Below are positions 26,931 through 34,904 of a DNA stretch of 64,000 bases, piece after piece (positions within the stretch are counted from its first letter, which is position 1; each line of letters starts with the position of its first letter). Source of the DNA: Eubacteriales bacterium (GTDB taxonomy: Bacteria; Bacillota; Clostridia; Oscillospirales; CAG-272); contig JAZSHY010000025.1 in assembly GCA_045533505.1 (NCBI GenBank), positions 20,274 through 84,273 of the forward strand, written 5' to 3'. The position numbers were made by a program, and so were the translations under genes. The notes under the pieces are model-generated. The model was not told the DNA's origin. It saw only the letters and a list, made by a program, of their open reading frames with translations, and searched no databases.

Positions 26931-28643
26931 TTACTGAGGCTGTTCGATAGGTTCCCAGCCACCGTCAGCAAGATATCTGCCGAGCTCGCCGTGAAAGACA
27001 CCGCCGGTAACGGTAACATTCTCGCGGGTGCTCTTGTCGCCGCCGCCGAAGCAAACGTCACCGATAAAGGTGCCGCCTGTAATTTGGATGTTGGTGCCTG
27101 CAAAGCTATCGCCGTACGAATAGGAGTACACGCAAACGTCGGTCTCCGTGTTGGTGCAAATCAGCTCACCGCCGTTGATGGTCAGATTTACGGGGCGAAC
27201 GTTGTTGATATTGCTGCCGGGCAGCTGAACCCAAATGGCACGCTTGCCGGTAACGGTGCCGCCATTGACAGTGACGTTGGTAGACAGGGTGTTGGAATTG
27301 CAGAACATACGGATGGCGCACTTGCCGACGCCGTCAATAACACCGTCGTTAACGATAAGCTCCGAGCCCTGATAGCAATCGATTGCATAGGAAGCACCGC
27401 CGGGGGCAGTAACATTCTTTACGGTAACGCCATCTATAATCAGCTTGCCCTCACACTTGATGGTGTTGTTGGCATAGCCGGGGAAGGCGGGCTGGCCTTC
27501 GCCGCCCCAATTGATGTCGGGGGTGGTGGCGCCAAAGGTAACAACCCCGTCGCCGGTCAGGGTGAGAGCGGCACCGGCCTTAACCGTAATCATCGCAGAA
27601 GCCGAGGCGTTTGTGGCAACGCCGGAAACCGTGTGGCCGTTTGTGTTCAGCACGGCATCCCCCGTCACGGTCAACGGCGCATCGGTAAGTGTGATGTCAT
27701 CGGTAAGGATAACCTCTCCGCCGTCGGCAAGGGCAGCCTTCAGCTCATTGGCAGAGGACACGAGCGCGGGAAGCTTCACTCCATCAGTCCAAGGATGGTT
27801 CGTGGTGGTGATATCTCCAAAGCCTGCATCAAGAGCTGTTTCGGCATCAGCAAAGCCTGCCGTCTGAATTGCCTGAGAAGCAACAAGGATGTCGTAAGCA
27901 CCGTTCTTGTTGCCGTCAATCGCTTCAACGGTCTCGTTGGTAGCTGCGGCCTTCATGTAAACCTGTGCAAGGCTGGGATAGGTGGTGTCGCCGGCAGGCA
28001 GAACGCCATTTTCATGAACGCCGCCAAAAGCCTTTGCGCCGTTGTAGATATACTCGGAAACGAAATAATTGTTGCCGTCAATCGCAGCAATGCCGATGTC
28101 CGTTACCTTCCAGACACCCTGTGCCGTCATGAAGCTGCTCGTTCCGATGAAAGCATCAAACTCATCCTCAGTCAAAGAACCGATTTCGAAAGCAATAATA
28201 GTACGTACATAAGCGTCGGTTTTACCGGTGTTTTCCACGGTTACGAATTTGTCCTGAACGTTCTTATTGACGAACACATCCATAGAGCCCTGGGAGCCAA
28301 CCTGGGACATTTTAACGCGGGTGCTGCCATAATCACCGGCACCGTAGTTGTAGGGAAGGCCATTGGCATCGATTTCAGTAGCAGGCAGCAGAGGCTTAGC
28401 CTGAGAGAAGTCCTTCAGCACATAGCTTGTTACACCGTCGATTTCTTCGGTCTTGTAAGTGCCGTTTTCAACAACACGCTCGTATTCGTGCTGCTCGATT
28501 TTGACGTTGCCGAGCGTCATAACGCTGACCGCGCTGTCCTCGCTTGTCAGATAGGCCACGGTGCCGCCGATGGCAAGTGCCGCAACCAACACGCAAGCGA
28601 CGCACAACAGAAGTCCTTTTTTCAGCTTTAAACCTTTAGACAT
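26931..28643 (-). CDS. TasA-like N-terminal domain fused to a right-handed beta-helix adhesin-like module (570 aa)
   Basis: ATG at 28643 with AAAGGAGA upstream. Signal peptide ...LVAALAIGGTVAYLTSEDSAVSVMTLGNVKIEQHEYER. TasA-like core runs to SQAIQTAGFADAETALDAGFG. The C-terminal half has repeating G-rich beta-helix turns (NGGTVTG, NGGELIC, TGGTFIG, TGGVFHG). Confidence 0.75.
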   Translation of the reverse strand: MSKGLKLKKGLLLCVACVLVAALAIGGTVAYLTSEDSAVSVMTLGNVKIEQHEYERVVENGTYKTEEIDGVTSYVLKDFSQAKPLLPATEIDANGLPYNYGAGDYGSTRVKMSQVGSQGSMDVFVNKNVQDKFVTVENTGKTDAYVRTIIAFEIGSLTEDEFDAFIGTSSFMTAQGVWKVTDIGIAAIDGNNYFVSEYIYNGAKAFGGVHENGVLPAGDTTYPSLAQVYMKAAATNETVEAIDGNKNGAYDILVASQAIQTAGFADAETALDAGFGDITTTNHPWTDGVKLPALVSSANELKAALADGGEVILTDDITLTDAPLTVTGDAVLNTNGHTVSGVATNASASAMITVKAGAALTLTGDGVVTFGATTPDINWGGEGQPAFPGYANNTIKCEGKLIIDGVTVKNVTAPGGASYAIDCYQGSELIVNDGVIDGVGKCAIRMFCNSNTLSTNVTVNGGTVTGKRAIWVQLPGSNINNVRPVNLTINGGELICTNTETDVCVYSYSYGDSFAGTNIQITGGTFIGDVCFGGGDKSTRENVTVTGGVFHGELGRYLADGGWEPIEQPQ

Positions 28644-28706
28644 AGTATATATCTCCTTTTCATATAAGTCTGAAGGGCACGGGGGCGCCCTTTTCAAACC
28701 CTTTCA

Positions 28707-30602
28707 TTATTGATTGTTGTAAATAACGGTAACACCCTCGTACGTCTTTAAGCCTTTAACGCCGTACTGATCGCCGCCGAAGATCTGGTCGAACGGGATT
28801 AGTTCCATATGGTGAGTTGTACACTGCGAATGATCGTAATCGGCGGGAAGGCCGCCATACGCATAGCCGGGCTCAACACGCATGCCGCGGCCATTGTTAT
28901 GACCGGGAGTAGGATCGCAGTAGTGATAATTTGCCCAATCACCGTATGTAACGGTTACGTTTTTGCAGGTGATGTTGTATTTGCTTGTATCGGGATAGTT
29001 AGCTCCGTCAATCGTCGTGGTTTCCGCCAAGCGTCCGATAATCATACCGCACATACGGTAGTTGTAATAGTCATAGGATGCGGTGCAGTCATTGTAAACG
29101 TCCAGACGGCAAGCGATATCTACGTTTTCAAAGTTGTAGGTAGCGCCGGGCTCGGCCTGGCCGACAATGCCGCCTGCCGAGCTGTCAAAGGAGCCCCAAA
29201 GGCCGCCTATTACAACATCCTCGCCAAGGGTGATATTCTTGAAATTATAGGTACCGGCACCCGACCAGCCGATAATACCGCCAATTCCGTTGTTATACGT
29301 TCCGATGCTGCCGCTCCTGATTTCGATGTTTTCGAAGGTGCAATCACCGGTTGCGCTGCCTGCGATAAATGCGATATCGCCACCCTCTACCTGGCAGTCA
29401 AAGCCTTCAAGAACAACGTTTTTGACGGTTGCTCCTTCAAGTTCAGAAAACAAGCCGATGGAGCCATACTTTCCCCATTCGTAACCGAAATCCCAACCGC
29501 TTTGGTAAAGGCTTGCGATGGTCTTGCCGTTCCCGTCAAAGGTCCCCTTGAACGGCTCTGTTATCAGCCTGCCGCTGCTGTCTCTCTCCGAGGTGGAGCC
29601 AATCGGCGCAAAGCTTTCGCCGCCAAGGTCAATATCCACACCAAGCGTTATGGTTTTCCCCTCGAAGTTGTTGCTGTCTTCCGCGACGAGTGCCGCGAAG
29701 CCGGCAAACTGCTCGGCAGAAGACAAGGTGAACTCCGTGTCGGTTGCGTTGTACCAAGAGGTGTCGGCAGTACCGTCCCAAGCATCCACAGAATGCTTGG
29801 CAACAACACCTTGGAACCACTCGGCGGCGGCTTCATCCGTCACATCGCCAAAGCCGGAATCCAAAGCGGTCTCGGCATCGGCAAAGCCCGCTGTCTGAAT
29901 TGCCTGGGAGAGAACGAGAATCTCGTATGTATCGCCAAGCAACGCCATATCCTCGTTGGTTGCATTGTGTGTCAAAACCACCTGAAGGAGAGAAGGACGG
30001 GAAACCTCACCGGGAGTCAAGCTTTCGTTGTAGGTGGCACACCACACCTCGTAGCGTGTTCCTTCAACGGTGATATAGCCTACGCTATAATCCCAAGTAA
30101 AACGGGAGTTGCCGTTGACGTTGACATTGATTTCATCATCATCGGAGTAGCCGATTGTCATACCCTCGGGGCATTCCAGAGCAATCAGCGTGCGGTAATA
30201 GGCATCACTCTTGCCGGTGTTCTCAACGAACACAAACTTATCCATCACATTTGAAAGCTTGCTGTCGTTCCAAAGACCGTTCCAGCCCGGGCTGTAAACA
30301 CCCCAGTGGAAGCAGCTGCCTTCGGCCTGCTCGGCCTCGTAGGCATCCTCTGCCGTAGGGACTGCGGGATAAAGGAGCTGCCCCTGAACAAAGGGAACAA
30401 GCTCGCCCTCCTGTGCTCCGGCATTGATATGGCCGACGCCCTCGGCACGCTCGTATTCGTGCTGCTCGATTTTGACGTTGCCGAGCGTCATTACGTTGAC
30501 GGCGCTGTCCTCGCTTGTCAGATAGGCCACGGTGCCGCCGATGGCAAGCGCCGCAACGAGGACAAGACCGAGGCATGACAGAAGCATGGTTTTGAGTTTC
30601 AT
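28707..30602 (-). CDS. TasA-like N-terminal domain fused to a GLUG-like repeat / beta-helix module (631 aa)
   Basis: The N-terminus is near-identical to the 26931 gene. The core reaches SQAIQTAGFADAETALDSGFG. The C-terminal half has SAEQFAGFAALV, GIGGIIGWSGAG and SAGGIVGQAE motifs of the GLUG type. Confidence 0.75.
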   Translation of the reverse strand: MKLKTMLLSCLGLVLVAALAIGGTVAYLTSEDSAVNVMTLGNVKIEQHEYERAEGVGHINAGAQEGELVPFVQGQLLYPAVPTAEDAYEAEQAEGSCFHWGVYSPGWNGLWNDSKLSNVMDKFVFVENTGKSDAYYRTLIALECPEGMTIGYSDDDEINVNVNGNSRFTWDYSVGYITVEGTRYEVWCATYNESLTPGEVSRPSLLQVVLTHNATNEDMALLGDTYEILVLSQAIQTAGFADAETALDSGFGDVTDEAAAEWFQGVVAKHSVDAWDGTADTSWYNATDTEFTLSSAEQFAGFAALVAEDSNNFEGKTITLGVDIDLGGESFAPIGSTSERDSSGRLITEPFKGTFDGNGKTIASLYQSGWDFGYEWGKYGSIGLFSELEGATVKNVVLEGFDCQVEGGDIAFIAGSATGDCTFENIEIRSGSIGTYNNGIGGIIGWSGAGTYNFKNITLGEDVVIGGLWGSFDSSAGGIVGQAEPGATYNFENVDIACRLDVYNDCTASYDYYNYRMCGMIIGRLAETTTIDGANYPDTSKYNITCKNVTVTYGDWANYHYCDPTPGHNNGRGMRVEPGYAYGGLPADYDHSQCTTHHMELIPFDQIFGGDQYGVKGLKTYEGVTVIYNNQ

Positions 30603-30680
30603 TGGTTATCTTTCCTTTCAAAAATATAATTTCGGGTATCGAACAGGCTTCCCCTTTTCATCTTTGCCTATGGCAGTGGC

Positions 30681-31364
30681 TCAGCTGCCGCCGGGGCCGA
30701 TGAGAGCCCAGGCTTCCGCGGCGGAGTCAATGGCGTCGATGTCGGCATCGCGCTGTACGGCATAGCCCGTGACGGTCATCCTCGGGTAGTTGCCGCTGTG
30801 AAGCTCCCGAAGCATTTCCCCCGTTACGCTGTCCTTGACTTTGACTTCGTCGTTCTTTAATACAGAGAACACCTTGTCTTCTGCGCTCGCGTCTGTCGCA
30901 CGGAAGTAAACACCGGGAGTGCCCTGTAAGGCCGTCCAGCCGTCGGCAACGGCATATTCGATGTAGTCGCCGAGGGCCTTGTCGCCGGATTCCCGAATCT
31001 CCACAAACAGCCAGCAAGCCTCGCTGTCAGCCAATACGGAAATCTTCGTGTCCTTTTCAATCGTCTTGCCGGGTGTCATCTTGAAATAGCGTCCGTCGCT
31101 CAGCACCTCGCCCTTCGTTTCGGTGAGGGTTATGCGGATATCGCCGTAGGTGAACACGTTGACGACGGGGTCGGTTCGGGCTGTCAGCCACGCAAGAGAG
31201 CCGCCAATCACGGAGAAGAGCACGAGGCAGGCCGCAAGAGTCATGAGTGCCGCCCTGAGGGCAGGGCCTCTGCCGCGATGGCCTTCCCCGCGAGAATGTT
31301 TTCCGAAAGACATGGGTTGCGTTTCTCCTTTCTCTTTATTTTGTATTTCAGTAAGCGGAGGCAT
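30681..31364 (-). CDS. TasA/camelysin-like secreted protein with a SipW-type signal peptide
   Basis: ...LAACLVLFSVIGGSLAWLTARTDPVVNVFTYGDIRITLTE. ATG at 31364 has GGAGG 7 nt upstream. An alternative ATG at 31313 follows AAAGGAGA. The ORF-track start at 31457 would overlap the upstream gene. Confidence 0.7.
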   Translation of the reverse strand: MPPLTEIQNKEKGETQPMSFGKHSRGEGHRGRGPALRAALMTLAACLVLFSVIGGSLAWLTARTDPVVNVFTYGDIRITLTETKGEVLSDGRYFKMTPGKTIEKDTKISVLADSEACWLFVEIRESGDKALGDYIEYAVADGWTALQGTPGVYFRATDASAEDKVFSVLKNDEVKVKDSVTGEMLRELHSGNYPRMTVTGYAVQRDADIDAIDSAAEAWALIGPGGS

Positions 31365-31395
31365 GTCGCTTCCTCCGTTGCTTGAAGCGTAAGGA

Positions 31396-32037
31396 TTACT
31401 TGGAGAACGCCGACCATGCCTCATCGGCATCGGCAAAGCCGGCTGCCTGAACCGCATGCGCTTCGACGGTAATTTCCAAATCAGAAACGGCGGCGAGCTG
31501 CGCGCCGTTCATAGCCGAGGGAACGGTTATCGCGTCAAAGAGCGCATCGAGAACAAGGTCAGCGTCCTTCTCCGCCCTGACGGTATCGAAATAGCGGAAC
31601 TCGTAGATTGCCGTGCCTGCCACCTCGTCCTTGACAATGGCATCGGTGGCAACCCACACGGAGCTATCCCAGCCCGCAACAAAATACCGAAGCAGGAAGG
31701 GTTCGCCGAAGATGGCCGACAGCTCGTCGTAGCAGCTGACGGTGACAAGCATACGGACATAGGCCTCCTCGCTCCCCCTGAGAACAGTAACCGTAGGGTC
31801 CTTGGTGTAGGTCTTGCCGGGGACGAGATGATACGCGTTGCCGTCCTCGGTTCTGCCACCGATTGGCTCTCCGCGTTCGTTCACGGCAGCTTCATCAAGC
31901 TTCAGGTGCACCTTGCCCACGGTAAAGGTATTGACGACCTCGTCCGTGTCCTGTAAATAGGCAACAGTCCCGAGAACGGCTGCCGACACCAGGAGAACAG
32001 CACACAGCAGGAGGAGTATCGGTTTGGTTTTTTTCAT
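31396..32037 (-). CDS. TasA/camelysin-like protein, candidate major fibre subunit (213 aa)
   Basis: MKKTKPILLLLCAVLLVSAAVLGTVAYLQDTDEVVNTFTVGKVHLKLDE is the SipW-cognate signal pattern. It is single-domain and sits first after sipW. AAGGAGA RBS. Confidence 0.75.
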   Translation of the reverse strand: MKKTKPILLLLCAVLLVSAAVLGTVAYLQDTDEVVNTFTVGKVHLKLDEAAVNERGEPIGGRTEDGNAYHLVPGKTYTKDPTVTVLRGSEEAYVRMLVTVSCYDELSAIFGEPFLLRYFVAGWDSSVWVATDAIVKDEVAGTAIYEFRYFDTVRAEKDADLVLDALFDAITVPSAMNGAQLAAVSDLEITVEAHAVQAAGFADADEAWSAFSK

Positions 32038-32067
32038 TTCGGATTCTCCTTTATGGTCATTTTGTTT

Positions 32068-32577
32068 TCATGTTTTATCGTCGGTGACAGCGTCTACCGT
32101 CATCACGAAAACGACAGCCGCCATTGCCACGCCGATGGCAACGTAAAGCCCGGGCGGATTTTGGATATACATAGAAAGATACCCGAGAAGCGGAATACAG
32201 AAGATTACCTTGCCTTCAACCTGCTCAAATTCCACAAGAGCTCGGTCAAAGTCGTCGTTGTTATCTCCCTTGGTGCGAAAACGGACGATGCCGGGATCGT
32301 CCTCGTCGGGAACGAGCTCCTTGATTCGGTGGGTGGCTGTGGTCGTATCGGTTATCCGATAGGTAATGACATCCCCCTCCTTCAGGCTTGCGGGGTCGGC
32401 ATCCGCAAGATAAATGAGGGAGCCTGTGGGATACGTCGGCTCCATGGACGGAGAAAGAACCGCGAGAACGTCAAGGCCTGCGATTCTGACGCCCACAAGG
32501 AGAATGGCAAGGAGCACCACCAGAATCACAAGGGAATGGGAGACAAGCCTTAATGCTCGTTTTAAAATTCGGTTCAT
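32068..32577 (-). CDS. sipW: signal peptidase I, SipW (archaeal/ER) type
   Basis: N-terminal TM helix, catalytic Ser box LSPSMEPTY, His box ATHRI, KGDNN box, and a C-terminal TM helix. Confidence 0.85.
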   Translation of the reverse strand: MNRILKRALRLVSHSLVILVVLLAILLVGVRIAGLDVLAVLSPSMEPTYPTGSLIYLADADPASLKEGDVITYRITDTTTATHRIKELVPDEDDPGIVRFRTKGDNNDDFDRALVEFEQVEGKVIFCIPLLGYLSMYIQNPPGLYVAIGVAMAAVVFVMTVDAVTDDKT

Positions 32578-32601
32578 GTCTCTGTTCGCTCACACTCTCT
32601 T

Positions 32602-33189
32602 TCAAACCGCAGCTTCCTTGAAATACTGCTCAACCGAACGGTAAATCACACGGAACACATGCTCGCTGTAATCGTCATCCTTATTCATTCTGTCACAATG
32701 CACCTTCACGGCAAAATCCAGCATCACGTTCAGCACGTGGTTGAGAATCATCCACGTGTCGGCCTCGGCCCTGAAGGCATCCCGGAATTTTTTCACAAGC
32801 GGCGCATACCGTTGCTTATGCGCCTCGTAGGAGTATTTTTCGAAATACGGGGAATAATAATAACGGACAAAGGCAAGACACCTTTCCCTGTTGCCGAGAA
32901 GGAACCCCCACATTGCCGCAAAGAAAAGCCTGCACCGCTTTTCGTACCCCAGCTCTTGCCTGTACATGACCTCCACGTGCTGCAGCGCTTTTGCCACAAG
33001 CTCCTCGTCCAGCCTTTCAAAGGCGGTTGAGAGAAGGTCCTCCTTATCCTTAAAAAAACGGTAAATATAGGCTTCGTTGATGTCGGTTCCCTTGACAATG
33101 GCCTTCGTCACGGTTTTATCCAAGCCGTTCTCGGCAATGACTGTAATTGTCCTGTCCATCAGTCTGTTTCGCACATCATAGTGCTTCAC
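32602..33189 (-). CDS. TetR/AcrR-family transcriptional regulator
   Basis: The HTH region is ITVIAENGLDKTVTKAIVKGTDINEAYIYRFFKDKEDLL. GTG at 33189 has AAGGAGG 9 nt upstream and is preferred over ATG at 33213. Confidence 0.75.
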   Translation of the reverse strand: MKHYDVRNRLMDRTITVIAENGLDKTVTKAIVKGTDINEAYIYRFFKDKEDLLSTAFERLDEELVAKALQHVEVMYRQELGYEKRCRLFFAAMWGFLLGNRERCLAFVRYYYSPYFEKYSYEAHKQRYAPLVKKFRDAFRAEADTWMILNHVLNVMLDFAVKVHCDRMNKDDDYSEHVFRVIYRSVEQYFKEAAV

Positions 33190-33330
33190 GGGAAATGGCC
33201 TCCTTTTCTGCATTGTTAAGTGTTTGCTACTTTTGTGACAGAAAAATAAGCAGACAGCTCCCCCTTCGGTTCCTATGCCTCGGTTTTACGAACATGACGA
33301 ACACACGGAGGCTGTCGGCCTCGCAACATA

Positions 33331-33346
33331 TTCGCAGAGTTATCCC
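33331..33346. repeat. left arm of a 16-bp perfect inverted repeat (IR-L)
   Basis: ttcgcagagttatccc. Its exact reverse complement occurs at 34784-34799. Confidence 0.85.
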
Positions 33347-33423
33347 CTATGCAACGGTGGATAGGAAGCCGCAGTCATACAGGGCCTGTTTTGGATTTTG
33401 ACGATTTTCTTTGACGGCTAAAA

Positions 33424-34530
33424 TCAAAGACCGACGGCAGAAAGCTTGTCCATATTGGCCCGCTTCAAGGCGAGAGAGGAATGCACATAGCGGTCCAGAG
33501 TGACCTTGGCGCTGGCATGGCCGAGGATTTCACTCAGCGATTTGATTTCAAAGCCGACCTCAACGCACCGTGTGGCAAAGGTGTGGCGGAGCGTATGAAA
33601 ATGCACGTCCCTCAAGCCGCAGGCCTCCGTGTATTTTGCAAGACGGTATTGCAATACACGCGGCTCAATATAGCGAAGCGGTTCGCCCGTCAGCACGTAG
33701 GCCTTCCCGTTAAAGACATGCATTCGCTTGCACAAATCAAACGCCGAGGCACTTAACGGAATCTCTCTTTTTGAGGTTTGGCTTTTAGCTTCCCCCACGG
33801 TGATTTTGGTTTTTGCGCTTGAGGATTTGTCAAGAATTTGCAGCCTCTGCATGGTAGAGGAAACACGAATCACGCGGTCTGCCACCAAAATGTCCTCCCA
33901 TTTCAACGCGCAAACCTCTCCGATGCGAAGCCCGGTAAGCAGCGCGAGCAGCACCCCGAACCTCACCTCGTCCATATCGGACAGCAGAAACCGAATAAAC
34001 CGCTGCTGCTCCTCCGGAGTCAATACGCGCATCTCCCTTTTGCGTTCCTTGGGATAAATCACCTCAATGTCGGGGAAGCCTTCCCCTATTTGCCGTCGGC
34101 AATGTCTGAGAACAGCCTTTAACACCACCAAAATGTCGCGAACGGTTTTCGGCGACAAGCCGTCCGATAGCAACGTATGGGAAAACTCCTCAATCAAGAC
34201 GGTGTTGAGGCTTTGAGGAAGATATCCCCCAAGAGCCGGTTCTAAGTGCCGCTTGACCGTGTTATAATATTTTACGTAGGTTGACTCCTTCACTCTGCTT
34301 CGGGACAGCGTGAGCCACTCGGCACAGAAATAACGGAGGTCCCGTCTGTTGGAGGCGGGCCTCGTGTGTCCTGCTTGCTTGGCGGCAGTCAGCTTTTCTC
34401 TGACCTCGCGGTAGGTTTTTGCGTAGACATACCCGAAGCGCGTCTTGCCTCTGCCGTCATACCCCTTGATATAACGCCCTTCCCATCGGTTGTCCTTGCG
34501 CTTGTAAATGTTTTCGCCTCGTCTTGCCAT
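33424..34530 (-). CDS. tyrosine site-specific recombinase/integrase with an N-terminal Arm (AP2-like) DNA-binding domain
   Basis: N-terminus YKRKDNRWEGRYIKGYDGRGKTRFGYVYAKTYREVREKL. Catalytic residues are intact: LLTGLRIGEVCAL (R), HFHTLRHTFAT (HxxR), LGHASAKVTLDRYVH (H...Y). Confidence 0.85.
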   Translation of the reverse strand: MARRGENIYKRKDNRWEGRYIKGYDGRGKTRFGYVYAKTYREVREKLTAAKQAGHTRPASNRRDLRYFCAEWLTLSRSRVKESTYVKYYNTVKRHLEPALGGYLPQSLNTVLIEEFSHTLLSDGLSPKTVRDILVVLKAVLRHCRRQIGEGFPDIEVIYPKERKREMRVLTPEEQQRFIRFLLSDMDEVRFGVLLALLTGLRIGEVCALKWEDILVADRVIRVSSTMQRLQILDKSSSAKTKITVGEAKSQTSKREIPLSASAFDLCKRMHVFNGKAYVLTGEPLRYIEPRVLQYRLAKYTEACGLRDVHFHTLRHTFATRCVEVGFEIKSLSEILGHASAKVTLDRYVHSSLALKRANMDKLSAVGL

Positions 34531-34717
34531 GTCTCTAAACTCCTTATTATAAAATTGGCAGCACCTCGGAGCGAGGAGCCGCGTATGCCACGCGTATGCG
34601 ACGGAACTGACGGCTTATTTGACGGAAAACCGTTGTAAAAACCCCACAAACACCGCTATATCAAGCACCGTCGGAATGTAAAATATGAACGAAAGGGAGC
34701 CGTTTTGCAAAAAAACC

Positions 34718-34746
34718 TTGCTTTTTTCTCGGTTTTGTGGTAAAAT
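34718..34746 (+). promoter_or_regulatory. extended -10 sigma-A type promoter facing outward across IR-R
   Basis: TTGCTT (34718-34723), 17-nt spacer ending in TGg, then TAAAAT (34741-34746). Confidence 0.45.
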
Positions 34747-34783
34747 TAAGTGAAATTGCAGGGAGAACCGCACCCTCTCAGAT

Positions 34784-34799
34784 GGGATAACTCTGCGAA
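34784..34799. repeat. right arm of the 16-bp perfect inverted repeat (IR-R)
   Basis: gggataactctgcgaa, the reverse complement of 33331-33346. Confidence 0.85.
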
Positions 34800-34813
34800 A
34801 AACAGGCGTCTGT

Positions 34814-34846
34814 ATCACGCATTTCCTGATGCGTGATTTTCTTTTT
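34814..34846 (+). terminator. rho-independent terminator 15 nt beyond IR-R
   Basis: Stem atcacgcat (34814-34822), loop ttcctg, stem atgcgtgat (34829-34837), then tttcttttt. Confidence 0.6.
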
Positions 34847-34861
34847 ACTAAAAAGCAAAAA

Positions 34862-34904
34862 AGAGAGGACAAATCGGTTGCAGCCGAAATGTCCTCTCTT
34901 TTTC
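34862..34904. terminator. second, bidirectional terminator hairpin
   Basis: Stem agagaggaca (34862-34871) pairs with tgtcctctct (34890-34899). An A-run precedes it and ttttt follows. Confidence 0.55.

Larger units (their letters stand above)
33331..34799. mobile_element. candidate invertible DNA segment (inverton) carrying its own tyrosine recombinase and an outward-facing promoter
   Basis: The 16/16 inverted repeats bracket only the recombinase gene and its flanks. The promoter at 34718-34746 points out across IR-R. Confidence 0.5.

Noticed and set aside
26817-30254. 604-aa and 481-aa plus-strand ORFs (26817-28631 and 28809-30254)
   Set aside because: They are antisense to the two large TasA-like fusion genes. 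The minus-strand products have signal peptides, RBSs and paralogous structure. The plus-strand products do not.
30681-31457. Long N-terminal extension of the second TasA-like gene (start at 31457)
   Set aside because: It would overlap the upstream gene by 62 nt and add a Pro/Arg-rich segment. Two downstream ATGs (31364 and 31313) have strong RBSs.
24304-33189. Sortase-dependent pilus operon
   Set aside because: No sortase gene and no LPXTG motif occur anywhere in the locus. The shared N-terminal motifs and the SipW peptidase point to a TasA-type system instead.
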